Source: Diadema antillarum (lineage: Eukaryota). From it: 64,000 nt of DNA. The stretch spans positions 434,001 to 498,000 of the forward strand of contig NW_027271191.1 in the NCBI RefSeq assembly GCF_040938485.1, written 5' to 3'. The position numbers and the translations under genes are program-made. Below are positions 1-14,323 of the stretch, piece by piece; positions within the stretch are counted from its first letter, which is position 1; the number at the start of each line of letters is the position of its first letter. The notes beneath the pieces were generated by a model, which saw only the letters and a list, made by a program, of their open reading frames with translations, ran no database searches and was not told the origin of the DNA.

Positions 1-1526
1 TGACTCTATTAGTAATTATATGACACATGTTGATTGACGCAGACTATATTTCGAGAAAGGTGTGTTATGAATCTAAACCCTATCAATTATTTGCTTTCTT
101 TCCCTTTTTCTTCCCGTTTCCTTTAAAATTCGTGCAATTTTCTTCTCCGTATTCTTTTCGAAACCCAAGAGTCTTTTCGGAATATTCATGTCGATGTTAT
201 ACATGCTTCCTTCCTCCTCCTGCTTACATCTTCTCCTCTTCCATGTTTATGTTCTCGCCTTGGTCCCTGTCTTGCTGCTTCTTCCTCATCAATTCATTTT
301 GCTCTCCTGCTCTTTGTCTTCCCTTCTTCTAATTTTCAATCTTTGGTTCTTGTTATTTTGTAGTACTGTCTCTTGCTTTCTCCCGCTTTCTATTCCTTTT
401 TCTTATTCTTTGTGGCGGTCGATTGCTACGTCTCAAGTTTCGCCTGATGTATTGTTTCAATCTGCCAAAGAAAGCCTACGCTGAAAAAGAGATTTCGCTT
501 AGATTTTTTTCTTCATTTTCCCAGGCAGTTTTAGGAACACGAAAGGAAATTTTCCAACACTCATTGTCAGCGTCCTTGGCGGTAAAAGGGATTAGGTTAA
601 AGGTCACGAGGACATGCATGGCACATCCGGCATGTCGGATAAGCGATATTTTTCTGGCACAGAATATTGCGTTAGATTTCGATTACATATTTAGATTGCA
701 CACACAAAAAAGGAATACTTTCATTGCATAGACATATCATTCCGGTCTTACTTTGTTGTTTTGGTTTTTTTAGCCGGATTTGTTTTTTATTCTTTAACTT
801 TTGATAGGTTGAACCAGAATGAGGTGTGCTCAGCAAGATGTCATAGAGATGACAATGGAATTCCATGTGTACATACACGACACACATACACACACGCACA
901 CACACACATATAAGAAAGATAACGAAGGGACAAGACAAATCAAATGGATGAAAAACCTTTTCTTTCTGTAGGTTTGCTATGAAATGTATAACAGTCTGTT
1001 AGATAAGCACAGCGCGAAAAAATCAACAACAACCACATCATTCAGGTTTCAGAGAAAGTTAAACTTATTCAGTGCATGAGTAGCTCACAGATAAACATCT
1101 CGTTAATCACCATTCTGACGATTAAGATACACGTGCTCGACTCTTGACTGAGATGTCAATTAATCAACTGCGTTTGAATTTTTGTTGTACATTGAATGAT
1201 AATGGCTAAACACCAGTCTTATCCAACGGCAATGAGGGAAATCTTTTTTCTTCTTTTTTTTTTGTCGCGTCGTCCAGAATTGTGCCCGCAGACATCAATC
1301 CAAATGTCTAGTATTGCGTAAGACTACATAGGTAAACTTATCGACGCCTACACCGTCTGCACCACTGCATAGCATTGCTAGGTTTCAAGTGCTTTCAAAG
1401 CTAGGTCAACTCCTACAAAAGATCAGTGTCTGGTTACATGAGAAAGGGGAATTAAAGTGGGATGCAGGAAGTGTCATGGAAACGAAGCGACTCCATCTGA
1501 GCGGAAGACTAGGGAGAGAGTCTCAA

Positions 1527-2077
1527 GGGCTTTTTACACTTGTGTTTCTTAACCCCGGACTTTCTCTGACCCAGGACTATCGTTAGTCCCGTACCAATTT
1601 TTTCAGCTTTTTACACTCGCCAATTAGTCCCGTACTATCTCTTGTCCGGGGCTAAGGAGAAAACTGACCTTTTTACACTCGTATTTCTTAGCCCCGGACT
1701 TTCCAAACCACATGAATATTCATAATTACGCTGTGTACTGTACACGTACACGCACGCACCGGCAGCACTTGATTACCTCGTTTCTGATTGGTCAGTGAGG
1801 GTTGGACTTCGTCTCCGTCGCTTAGCCCAGGATTATTTTTTCGTTCTGTTTACACTCACTTGCTTGGCACCGCAATTGCGGTGCTAACCCCTGCTATTTT
1901 GCAGGGCCAGATAGTACCGTACTATCGGTGGGGCTAGCCCACTTTGGCAAAAACGAGTGTAAACAGAAAGTGGGCTAAGGATAGTCCCGTACCAACGGTG
2001 GGGCTAAGGCCCCCCCCCCCCCCTTAGCCCCACCGTTGGTCCGGGGCTAAGCAAAAATTTACAAGTGTAAAAAGCCC
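1527..2077. mobile_element. Non-autonomous TIR element, PIF/Harbinger-like
   Basis: Terminal inverted repeats GGGCTTTTTACACTTGT ... ACAAGTGTAAAAAGCCC, with internal inverted subrepeats (ttagccccggac / ccggggctaag, tacactcg). No coding capacity. The TSD is not clean. Confidence 0.75.
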
Positions 2078-3149
2078 TATAGCGACCTAATCGGAAGCTT
2101 CATTGTTATCAAACCGGCGCGCCGCGGCGGATAGATTAGTCGTGGTCGACAGACTATCCAAAGGGATTACCTTAGATTATTCTTTGGCAGAACAGCCACA
2201 TGACACTTGTTGCCTATATGTTTATTTCACGGAATACCTTGTAGACACAACTCTTATTTTCTAAATGAGGACACATCTCTTGAATGTCTCGATATTGAGA
2301 CAATGTCAGATACGTAACGCACATTGGGATGAACATTCCACGGCCCTCACTCCTCAGGGGCGGATGTAGCTTTTAGCTAAGGGGAGGTGGTTAACCCAAT
2401 CACAATTCTCCCTTTCAAAAAATGCACATCACACTTTCAATTGGCAGCCCGGGGTGTGGGTGGGGGTTTAAACCCCTAACACCCTCCCTGAATGTCGGAT
2501 GTTTAGTTGTATCTGCTAACTTGTGTTCTATCTCATTTTATCTTATTGACATTACATAGATTTTTGTTTCTTTGAATAATTGTTATGTTATGTTACATAG
2601 TCACGATTATATAGTGCAGATTATGATAACTTCGTAAAATATAACCATTCCTATGTCGCCTTGTTAAAACAAATTAAGTTCTTCAAGATGAATGATCATT
2701 ACGCATTAGCTCAAGCATTGTTAATGGATTTTTGGTCTCTAAAATGCACACCTTAATGTAATTATAAATACACACACAGACACACATCATACGTCTAAAC
2801 TACACGAGTTTGTACTTTTGGTAGTTTATCATATTTTCTTTGAGTGTTTTAAAGCAAGCAAACCATGAACACATTAGCCTTGCCTATTGGCACCACTGCT
2901 TCCGTCAGTGAAACTCAATCGTGGATCTCGACTTGAGAGTCTGTGTCATAATGTTTAAACGCTCGCTACTATCATACTCTGTTTGTTTATATGGATTTTT
3001 AAAATAATGTTAATACTGATTATAATAATAACAATAATGGTTATTGCATAGTGCACAAGTGTACCTTTAGGTGCTCATGGTGCTTCAGGAAAAAATAATG
3101 TACAGAACATGAGAATGGTGAAGAAAATAACATTTTCACCTCTCCATAG

Positions 3150-3328
3150 AGTAAGGATTTTAATGCTTCATAGTACAGCAAGCTACCAAGGAATTAACGG
3201 CTGTAGGCCCCGTCTGGAAGACTATATAATGAGGGTAAAGTGTCTTGTCAAAAGGGCACCGGCAGATTCGAACCTTCGGACTGCAAGATTGATAGTCTGC
3301 GTTCTTATCCACTGAACCACAACGGGCC
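3150..3328 (-). mobile_element. tRNA-derived SINE in the CYP-A 3' UTR region
   Basis: Minus strand GGCCCGTTGTGGTTCAGTGG (A box) ... GGTTCGAATCT (B box), then the typical SINE body gtgcccttttgacaagacactttaccctca. The 3' end is approximate. Confidence 0.7.
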
Positions 3329-3356
3329 AACCAAGAGTCGTGTGGCGGATGGATTG

Positions 3357-6300
3357 CTAGCAATCATTCTGCTCGCCAGCCGTCCGCGGTCGAGCCCGCA
3401 ACAGGACCTCGTGTGCTGGTGTCAGAAGACCTGCCTTTCCAAGCTCTAGCGGAATCTGGTATAACAAGGGAAATGATAGGAAACATTTGTTTAGATGCTC
3501 ATTGCTTTCTCTCCCCCTTATCCTCTCTGTCTACTCCCTCTCTTATAATTATTTCTCTCTGTCTCATTCTCTTGAATTGTATAATATTTGCCCATATGTC
3601 TAGTCTATCGCATATTTACGGTGTTTTCTATACTATACTTCATGCGTACATCAAACAAATTTCCCGATTTGATAATGGAATCGACTTTAAAATGTGAGCG
3701 AATTTTGTCAAAAGGTGATCTTATTGCCCCATATGAAGTCTTTGATTAAGATTACTGATTAAAAAATATTATACTATCTCACCAAAATAAAGTGAGGTAC
3801 ACTTATTAATGGTGCGAGAAACCAGTAAAATACTGTAAAACATAAGATGAATTGTTCTATTTGGCGTCACCGTGTGGTGGCGCTGTTCCACCAAGTACCA
3901 AGTAATTCATTCTTCTTCTTCTTCTTCTTCTTCTTCTTCTTTTTTTCTTCTTCTTCTTCTTCTTCTTCTTCTTTTACATACTGTTAACTTTTTTTTTTAC
4001 TTTGTGATTTGGATTGACCGGACGTTTTTCCAAATGAGGGCTATGAAGAAATTAGAATCTTTCAGTTTTTGAAAAGCCTGCAGTTTAAATTGGCTCATAC
4101 ATTGGTCTACGTGTCCATTTATGTAAGTGTGTGTGTGTGTGTGTGTGTGGGGGGGGGGGTAATATCAAAACATACCTTAGTCTGAGGACACGTCTCTAGG
4201 CGGTAGTTCTGCAAGACCTTAACGAGGGCCACTTTAGCTCCCATCAACGCGAACCTCATTCCGAGACATATTCTAGGTCCTCCACCCCATGGCAACCAAG
4301 AGAATGGGTGCCGCTTATCTCGCTCCTCCTTAGTGAATCTTTGGGTCAAAAAATGGGGGGAGGGGGTAATAAGAAGAAAAAGGTTAAAGATAAAAGAAAC
4401 AACCATCAACATTCATACAATAGGCGTACTTGTCAATCCTAGATTCATTATTCTCTAATTAGAGTACAGTGTTGATAATTTTCATTCTTTGAGATGCAAA
4501 TATTATTCATATTTTCAAGTTGTGTCTGTTTGTGTCACAAAAACATATAAAACATATAAAGGCTGCTTAACATGAAGCAAGTTTGATTTCCGAAAGGAAA
4601 ACACACAAGAAGAACGCAACGTCTTTAAGGCGCTCTTTCATTTCTTTTACCCAAATACACAGCCACCTTACGCAGCCATACTCAATCGAAAATCCCATTT
4701 TCTGAGGTCATTTTCATATTCATTCACGGTTGACGAGTGACGATACAGACCTGTCCGGGTCGAACCTATCCGGTTCCGGCCACAGTTCCGGATCGTGGTG
4801 GATAGCGTAGATCGGAATGATGACTCGTGTTCCTTCTGGTATGGTAGTGCCGTTGTAGGTGAATGGCTTGTTGCAATCCCGGTCAACACTGGTGATCCAT
4901 AAAATGATATCAACAAATGAATTCCCAGTGATAATGAGAAGGTATCATTTATCAATTCATCATTTCGTGCAAAGGTCGTATTATTCTATGGCTGCAAACT
5001 CTTAATTACTTAATTACTATCCAGAACAGATGTTAAATTGTAGCTAAAAGAGGCACCACAAATTACAGTCGTGATGGAACAATGGGAGTAGCAAACTTTT
5101 AAAATGCCATGAGTGCAGAATGAAGTTTGCATACAATCAAAGTTAGAGGATTAATTCAAAGCAGTCGATAGAGTGTGGTCATCATCATTTGGAATTAGAA
5201 TGATGAGTGAAAAAAATCTCCAAAAAGCAGAAGCTTGTTATAGGGTAGGTCCCTAGAAAAGAAGTCATCACACGCATACACATTATGCACACACATATCT
5301 AGGTAGACACATCAATGCATAACAGAGAAAAATGAAAGAAAGACATCGGATCAAGATGTCTAAATCCTATCACAACTGACTTGTTGTTTGTTTTAATATG
5401 CGGTCTGCTTACACGGGAGTGGGTGGATAGCACCTCAGAGTCTCGCAGATCACGTTATCTAGGTAGGGTAACTTCGAGACTGTGGTGTAGCCGACGTCGT
5501 CGCCAGAGGGCAGTAGTTCGTCTATCTCGGCGATGAGTTTTTCCTGTACGTCGGTATGAAGGGCCAGTAGGTAGGAGGCAAACACCAGGAGACCGCCTGT
5601 TGTGTCGTAACCCCCTATAAAGAATATCACGGCCTGGCATGAAAATACAGGTGAACAAGCTTGATGTTATGTCATGGATTGGCCAAATTCGAATAACGAC
5701 AAAGACAAAGGACTCATCATGCTATCGTCCGGCACTAGATACACTGTTTTCTACTATCATAGACGCTCGCTTCTAACATCTTTACTGTGGTATCCACAAG
5801 ACGTGAGGGCAACGTGTGAAGAGTGACCATGAATATGAGGTATATGTTGTGTAAGACTGCTTGCCGTGACAGGTGTGCTGTGGATAGGAAATCTATTTCA
5901 GTTAAGATCAACTACTAACAGTACCTCAGGAAACAATAATGTGAGTATGCCTAGTTTTAGATCTTTGTTCTTTCCTTTTACATGGTACACGTATATTGTA
6001 TCGGTTGCTCTTTGTCACAACATGTAAACAGTTGTAAAGGTGAAGGTCTGGAGAACGTATGATGCGCCGTTTGCTTCAATTCCACCGTTTACAGGTATGG
6101 CATTCATTTTCTTGTCACTTAGTAGTTTGTTAAATCAAGGGAACATCATTTCCTTCCGTAACGATCGCGAACTTGCTATCAAAGCAGATCTTAGCGATTT
6201 AACTTGCTCTTGGCAACGACTAGTCAAATATCTGAACGTTTGACTCAACTCAAAGAAAGTAATCCAAATCTAAATCCAGTCAGCCCACCAAATTGTGGTT

Positions 6301-9300
6301 CTAGGTCCTTCGATATAGTGTGTCTTGAGATTAGACAGAAAAGTTCGTGTGTATTTGACTCCTCAAAGCGAAGTTGAGGAACCGAGTCAAAGTACCTGAG
6401 CCATGATTTCCGAGTCTGTCAGCTTGAAATCTGATCTCCGTTTGCGATTCTGAGAGGTATCCTCGTGGAGCTCGAAGATAGCATCATGGATGTCGGTTTC
6501 ATTCTCGACGTCATCTTCGCCCTCCGATTTCTGAGAATCGACGATGATCTGCAGGAGATCTACCTTCTGCGGGATTCCAAGAAAAATCATTCAAAGAGTA
6601 TAGATAGTCACTGATAAACTTCACTGATTATTGATTAAGAATTGAATAAGTTACATTGTTATGATATGAAAACAGAAAAATAAAAACAAATACGCAGACA
6701 AACTGTAATCTTCGACCTGTATGATCACTGAAGTAGAAAAGGCTTCACCCATCAGCTGTGCTGGTAGGAATACGATGTCCCACAGTGTGTTCACAACGTG
6801 TTCACATAGTCGACTATGATTGTGAAAATGCTCGAATTTAACATTGTCAAAGACTGTCAAATGTCTTTACCATGCTGGGAAACACATTTTTGTTATGCAT
6901 ATTTTCAAAAGTCCATACGTTTTGGAGGGAGTATTCCCTTCAAACACCATCCCCCTAACGCCATCATCTCGGTCGCTTCGCTCCCTGGCATATCCCCTAA
7001 ATTTTGCACCCCCCCCCCCCCTATCAAGAGGTCAACGCCCCTGCTGCGTATATGCATGTGCAAAATATTTTTTGTCTTATATATATGCATGTGATGAGAT
7101 AGAAAGACACACGCGCAGACAAGCATTTTGATGTGAAATTGGTCAATGGAAAAATCGGCAACTGTGATACACCACGAGAAAATTCTGATTTTGTCTCATT
7201 AACGAAAACATCTCGCCAACAATCAATAACTGCGTTATCAAATGCAATAATTGAGCAAATCAAAACCTCAACAGTGTGTGTTTGATATACGATTGCGTTC
7301 ATACATGACAACATCAACAAGACAGCGTCAAACTTATGAAAAAGACAAATACCTTCGACTTTTGACCGTCTGCGTTCGGGGCTTTTCGGATTTCAATCGC
7401 CTTTTGGGCGACGTCCCGGAAAAACCCAATGGAGTCACGTGGGAACAGGGTAAAATTGAAGAATTTCAAAATCGGGGACGTCCATGGGAAGAATGCTGTA
7501 AAGAAGACGGAACGTCACAACTGGAATTAAATTCTATAGACGCATGATATTATTCTTTTTATTAAAAAAAGGAGTTTCATCCGCTTTTCCGCCTCCTACT
7601 CCTGTTCCTATAACCCTCCTGCAACTGCAAATACTACCACCCACTACTTCAAAGAAAAAGGAGATTATGATGACACAATGACTGTAAGTAATCATAATAA
7701 CGAAAAGAGTAACACGATACCTATTGTAAATATTTTATTGTGAATATCTTTACTATCAAATCAAATGGTGAAACTATGTCCACACGACTGATCGAATACA
7801 CACCTAACTTAAACTGATTACACTAATATAATTACTAGTATGAGAATATGATGCTTACTTGCTATGATCAAGCCCACGTTGGTTAAACTGACTTCGAAGG
7901 CTTTCTTGCCGTGTGCCACGAATGGATTATCTGGGTCTGCGTGGGAGTCGACATCCAAACCGAACGTGCAGCTCGCTATCGTGTCCATGACAAAGGACCC
8001 ATATACCCTGCAAAGAAATGGAAGAAAAAGGAGTGCAATAAACTGTGACATGAATCACTACTGAGAAGAGAAAGGCTGCTATTAAATGATATAATAGAGG
8101 GACACGGGAGATTAAAAAGAAACATTGTGTATACGTTTGGCCTTTCAAAACGACAAAGATAAAGGGTTTTTTTGTTTTTGTTTTAAACAATAATATCTTC
8201 GAAATATGTAAGGAAAAGTAATATTGTGTTTGGCTCTTCATAGTAAGCTCCGAAAACTGTATAGGAGAGAACTGTGTATAAAATAAGACTGAACTTCACC
8301 GCTACGAAGCAGAAGATGGGGAGTGACATCGTTTAAGTGGATCTTTTATTGTCTTAGATTGACCCCCCTCCACCCCCTCAAAAAAAAAAGGGAAAAAAAA
8401 AGAGAGAGCTTGGCCAAAGGGCCACCTCTCCACATTACACTCGAATTTGCCAGAATATTTCTACATGTGCTGTGCACATCATCTTGTCAAGTAAAGCCAT
8501 CAAGATTCTAACAGGCTTGATCGCAGATAATCAAGCTCAAGAGCACGAACGTAACACCAGGGCCCCATTTCATAAAAGATGTTAGGATAGCAACTGGAAT
8601 GGCGATAGCAACAGCTAATCAGGAAGCTGGATTCTTGTCATTACCATGACAATTGCCATCCCTGCAAGAGTTACCATAATATCAACTTTTTATGAAAAAG
8701 GGGCCTGAACTGCAGATCTATCAAAATGTGGTACAAGAACAAAAGTAATGATCCGAAGAAATAGAGTCTAGAGTTACGTTGAATAATGCAGTAGTACAAC
8801 ATCTTTAGACAAGTAAGATTTGATTTTTTAGTCGACGGTACAAAAGCAGCAATATCTGAAATGATCTCAAGTTAAAGAATAAGAAAATGCAGCAATTTGT
8901 GAAATAATTTACATATTTGTCTCAATTACACTCCTTGTGTGTCAGAGATACGCTTATTTCGATTTAAACAAATGAATATCCTGTACATCCGATCATGTAG
9001 AACATATCAGAGGCTTATGCCCCGCATGCTGACAACTATTACAAGTCATGTAACTACTTTTACATCGATGCGTCCTGCAGGGCTTAGCGTAGTAGATTGA
9101 ATGACACGTACTGTTTACATTCAAAGTAGCCGTCCGCCTCTTGATATTTCCTGATATTCTCAACCATCCTGTCAGCGATCTCGTTCACCATCGGTGACAT
9201 CTGCGAATAAAGCCACACATACTATACATGGTGAGATCATTGTGTAAGACAGTTGTAGGCCATTTTGAAGCCAGCTGAAAAACAGAGAATTGAAGAGGAG

Positions 9301-12300
9301 TTTACTGATCTCGAGCAAATCGAAAAGAATGTTACGGATTTTTCACAAAACCGAGAAATCAGTCGTAATAAATTGCATGAAGCCATGACCTCATGATTCC
9401 CCGCACTGATTTGTTTGCATGAATATCGAAAAGTTATGGCGTCTACATGGAATGAAGAAACACTGAAGTTTACAGCTTACACTTACATTCTATACAAGTA
9501 CACAAGCTTTGAAAACCACGCTATTAATATTAGGGAGCCTTTGAATCAATTTTTCAACGAATTACTGTTTAGCAGACCCCCGCCTGTCATGCTTCTAAAT
9601 CTGCCTGAAATTAAGAGAGTTTTTTTTTTTACCAACTCAAAATCAAAAACATATTTGAGTCAATTTTACCGATTCTGTGATTTGTAAGTTATGTACACAT
9701 TTTATACAGTGTATGAAAAAAATATCACGTTGTAGTTAATGTCACTCACATTTTTTGCTTGTTTGGTTTCTGTTGTTGCTGTTAATGTCGTCGTTATTGA
9801 GATTTCCACGACAATAAATTGTCGACCCCAATCTTAGCAGCTTCACCGCTGGGAGACCGGTAGCAGGCGGGATTCAGGCAGCTAAAATTTGTTAAAACTG
9901 GAAACACTGATTAAGGTATTGGAAGCCGCTGCTTCCAAACTCACCTGTTTCATTTTGGAGCCGCTGAAGGCAGGAGCTATCATGTTGCGAACGTTACGCC
10001 AGTGATCATCGCGCAGGTTTCCCACCGCCTCTTCCGTCTCTTTGTTGTTAATGGGTAGTTTCTGACAGTCAAGAGCAAACGAAGAGATGACGAGGATTTA
10101 ACTTAGCACCATAACTTTACGACAAGTTTCTCTCATAGGGTCAACTGATAACTTGAAGCAAACAAGACGCTTCCAAAATCATGTTCATAGTTTCATTAGT
10201 ATGTATCTGTTTTGTTTTACCGATTATTTCTCAGTTATGATATGAATATTTAGTTCGCAGTAATATTAAATCCCCCCAAGACGACATGTGAAACTTTCAA
10301 CTCTATAACTTTCTTCTCTATGGTCCGATCTTGGTGAAACATGTGCCATTCTTTATGTTTGATTATGCTCTATAAAGCAAAGGAGTTTTGAGATGGTGCA
10401 GAGTAAGGCTTCAACTGGGATTCTTAAGTATTAAAAGCTAACCTTTATTATCAGATAACCCTCAATGGTCTCATTTCTTTATGGTCTCATATGTTGCCCA
10501 CCATCCACTTTCCAAAAACACCGAAGAATTTATATTTTACCCATTCAATTATAGAGCCCTTCCCTGATATTTGGCAACAAGCTAGGTTTCTCTAGACCAG
10601 AAGATGAGTACCTCAATCATTGAGTTTATGACAACGATATGGTCTCTGAAAACGTACTGCCAACGTTTCAAATGTTAACTTGTGGTGGGTAATAATACCA
10701 GTATTTTTTTTTCTACTGACGTTGCCATTATTCTTATGTCATTATCTTATAATTAGAAGCAGCAGATTTTTGTTCCTATTAGTGTTATTATGGCGTCACA
10801 ATCATCATTACAACTATTACTCATAATGCCACCACCACTTCTGTCAATATTAGTTAACAGCACAAAATAACCAGAAAACACATCCAATACCCGTCTGTTG
10901 ACGAAGTGGTCGAAACTCTTGACCATAACTTGCTTCACCATGTCTGGATCACCGCACACAACGGCAGGAAGTCGGCTGTCGTAGAAACTGTGAAGTCATG
11001 AACAAGATATAATTATGTCAATGACATCTTTAAAAAAAGTAAATCTTAAATTGTAAAGTGGCAGTCCACACATTTTGTCAAATTCAACTTAGACAACGCA
11101 CGTTGTACGAGTTTTATCACGTTTTTCGCCATAAAATGATCGTGAATCGTGAATGTAACGCAAGTGCAAGTTAGAAAAAGCCACAGACTTCATCGGCTCA
11201 CATTTCTTCGATTAGTTCGTTATTGTAAAATCGTGAGAAGTAAGCGATACACATTTTTTTTCTGTCTGATTTTTTAAAGGATACTATTCACTTTGTTTGG
11301 TGCAACTCTTTTAATCAAGGCAAGATTGAATATATTCTGTGCAATAAGGATATGCACTCGTCAACGTATTATAATGGGAAAGAAAAAAAAATAACGAAAT
11401 AAATGAGGTGTGTATTTGTCGTGACTCACTATCACGATGGCGTCACATTATGCAAAAGTGCTTCCAGGCAGTGGTTAATATTTCATCGAGAGTTCAAAAT
11501 GTTTAGATGTAAAAAAATCTAAGGACGGCAAAGATCATCATTATTCATTCATGCTAAAGGTATAGATAACCTGATGTGACGCCAGTGACTTGGTTATCCT
11601 CTGAAAGTTGGAATTGAGCCAAAATATGGAAAAATCCTGATCAGAAAGAAAATAAATGAAGATTAATCATCAATTTATCCATATTACTTTTTGCTATATA
11701 ATATAACTAACACAATTTTGCGGGGAACTGGTAAGAAAGAATGTCCACAAGAATAGAGAAACAAGGAGAAATACAGACAGTATTCATCAATATTCGTTTC
11801 GGAAAAGAAAAGGACACCACCATCTCACCCCTCATGTTATTTCGTTTCAATTCAATCTGAATAAATGGAAGAGAAATGAACGCAGCCACCGCAAAGCAAG
11901 CATACAAATAAAGTTAGGTATAGTTACCCATATACGCGGCCATGCCTTGCTGCCAATGCTCGAACTGCAGTTGCAATTCCCTGAAATGAAATAAGTGAAA
12001 CTACTATATCAATCAGTCTTGTCCTAAACTTGTAACTACTAGTATCTGAACAGTATACGTCACTATCTGCGGTGCCTTCTAAATAACTCTCCCAAGTCGT
12101 CCTAAAAAGTTCCATGTCTTTAATTTTATAAGTATACTGTCGTTGATATGTATGCGAGTTTTCTCATTAAAAAAAAAATAACCTTGTATGTTATCTTGAA
12201 AATAGTATACAAATATAGAAGTAATCAAATGGTATCAGTGTTTTAGTAGTAGCCATGATAAAAAATCATGGGCGTACATACTCGAGAAATAGTTCAAAAC

Positions 12301-14290
12301 GGATAAAACACTGATCAATTCAGTGCTTAATTACGTCGATGCAGGGCAATTTGTCAATCAGTTGCAATGAAAGCATCTTGACGGAGGAATTTCATGAATT
12401 TGAATTACACGTATTACGCAGTACCCGCTGCACGATATGAGGATTAGAACCAACGCTTGCTGTCGGGCGAAAGCTCGGTCGTCTAGTGGAGATGACGCCT
12501 GTCCGGTGATCAGGAGGTCGTGGGTTCGAATCCCGCTCGAGTATGTACGCCCATGATTTTTTTTATCATGGCTACTACTAAAACACTGATCAATTCAGTG
12601 CTTAATTACGTCGATGCAGGGCAATTTCTCAATCAGTTGCAATATTTATCTTATGTTTCCCTATGTCTCTTGAACTAAAACTAGAACAAACTTCAAATCT
12701 AAACTTGCTCAAAATGCTTGATTTACCACTACCATGACTACTCTGAACTGCAATGAGACATATACTTTGAGGAAGTAAAATGAGAAAACTTACATACACT
12801 CTATGTCATTTATTATTCTTCAAGCACACCGCAAGTAAATACATCATTTTGTTTCCTCGCAGTGAAATTAACTTTCTACCACTCTGAATCCTGCACGAGG
12901 TTGGAAGGAAATCGTATGTGCCACTTTTAATGCTTACGGATTGTTAGCAGCCCCTGCGCCACTCAAAATAATCTGAAAGATGTCCAACAACCTTAAACAA
13001 CTCTGACTATGGAAGGGGCTGTTAGCAAAATTTTAACAACTTGGGGAAGACGTTGGAGACTTTGCTTACCACTCTAAATTCTGGCAGGTTTCCGACGACA
13101 GGCCAAACTGGCACAGCAGGGAAGCCGCGTCTTTGCCAAAAGTTGTGGCACCAGTGGTCGTACCTTGAAAGAGCAATGATAATGATTACGATCCTCACGA
13201 ATCTCATCAATTCATATTGCTGTAAAGAGCGACAATGGTTACGAGACTATAGTTATCATAGCTGCGTAAAAAGCAGCAACAACGTTCTGTCACCAGTTGT
13301 CAAACTATAGCTCGACAATGGCAATTTAGCAAAGAGTTACAGTGTGATAGCCATGTGGAACCGTAATTATTTGTGCATTATAGCTATCATAACGTAGTGG
13401 AGTTGTAATAGAGGTTCAGACCAACTATACCTAGCTGCGTGGAGCAGAAAATAGGTATATTACCATATCATACTTGTGATACCAGTTATAATCATTACAA
13501 TATATTACGAAGCATAGATAATTTCATGTTTAGTTATAGCTGTAGAAAGCAGTTGTACCAGTAAAGGCATACAGAAATACTTAAAGCATCATGTGTCATT
13601 GTGACACATATAGTATTGACATCACACACCATAGCTGCATGCTGTAGGCCCTATGCGGACAGTAAATGTTACAGCATTGATACACAATGCAACACAGACT
13701 TTAAAGGGGCATTCCAGACGATTTTAATAATTTCACATCATGAAGTACATAAATCGACAGCTCCATGCATAGATACGTGGAATTTATTGTGGTTCTTGAG
13801 CAGTGAAACTCTTAAACAAATTACACTGAACAGTGTTGATGAGCCTCACATATTTCAGAAATGTAGCAGTGTAATTCCATTACAATATCGCTTGCTCAAC
13901 AAGTTTACCTGTGAAAAATCTATTCATGTCTCCTTCTTTTGTTCTGCTTTCTTGAGCCCCAACTCATGTATTCTTAAGGTGAGGTTGCCATGTCATCATC
14001 CTTGCTCATTGCAATTTGTTACAAATTTTGCAAACATTCTCATTCCTCATCCCAATCACCATAAATTCTGAAACTCTGAACTCAGTTTAACAAATTTATA
14101 GTTGTTCAAATGTAAAAGTCTGTTAAAATCATCCTGAGGCCCCCTTTAATGCAAAATTGTTATGCCGTCATTCCTTTACGTTTTTATGTCTTTATGATAA
14201 GATTTATCACGTGCCCAGTCTTTTTACTAATCTTATTCTTTAAAAAAAAAAGCAAGAAGCAATCCTTTCCAACCCATCTATTCTTCTTCG

Positions 14291-14323
<33 letters not shown>

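Noticed and set aside
425-470. gtttcg-cctgatg hammerhead-like words
   Set aside because: The order and orientation of CUGAUGA and GAAA are incompatible with a hammerhead on either strand, and there is no stem II.
27-484. ORFs of about 100 aa in the CT-rich start of the window
   Set aside because: Low-complexity pyrimidine tract; the minus-strand frames I translated have stops and I found no recognisable domain.
12473-12545. Possible genuine tRNA gene
   Set aside because: A and B boxes are present but I could not fold a full cloverleaf, and it is embedded in a repeat unit. Treated as a SINE head, as are 3328 and 56699.
13164-13210. ORF-track start MMRFVRIVIIIIALS as the CYP-A N-terminus
   Set aside because: It is intronic read-through. 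An acceptor at 13164 gives a 94-nt exon 2 matching the paralogues, and a true 77-nt exon 1 homologous to those of B and C lies at 14668-14744.
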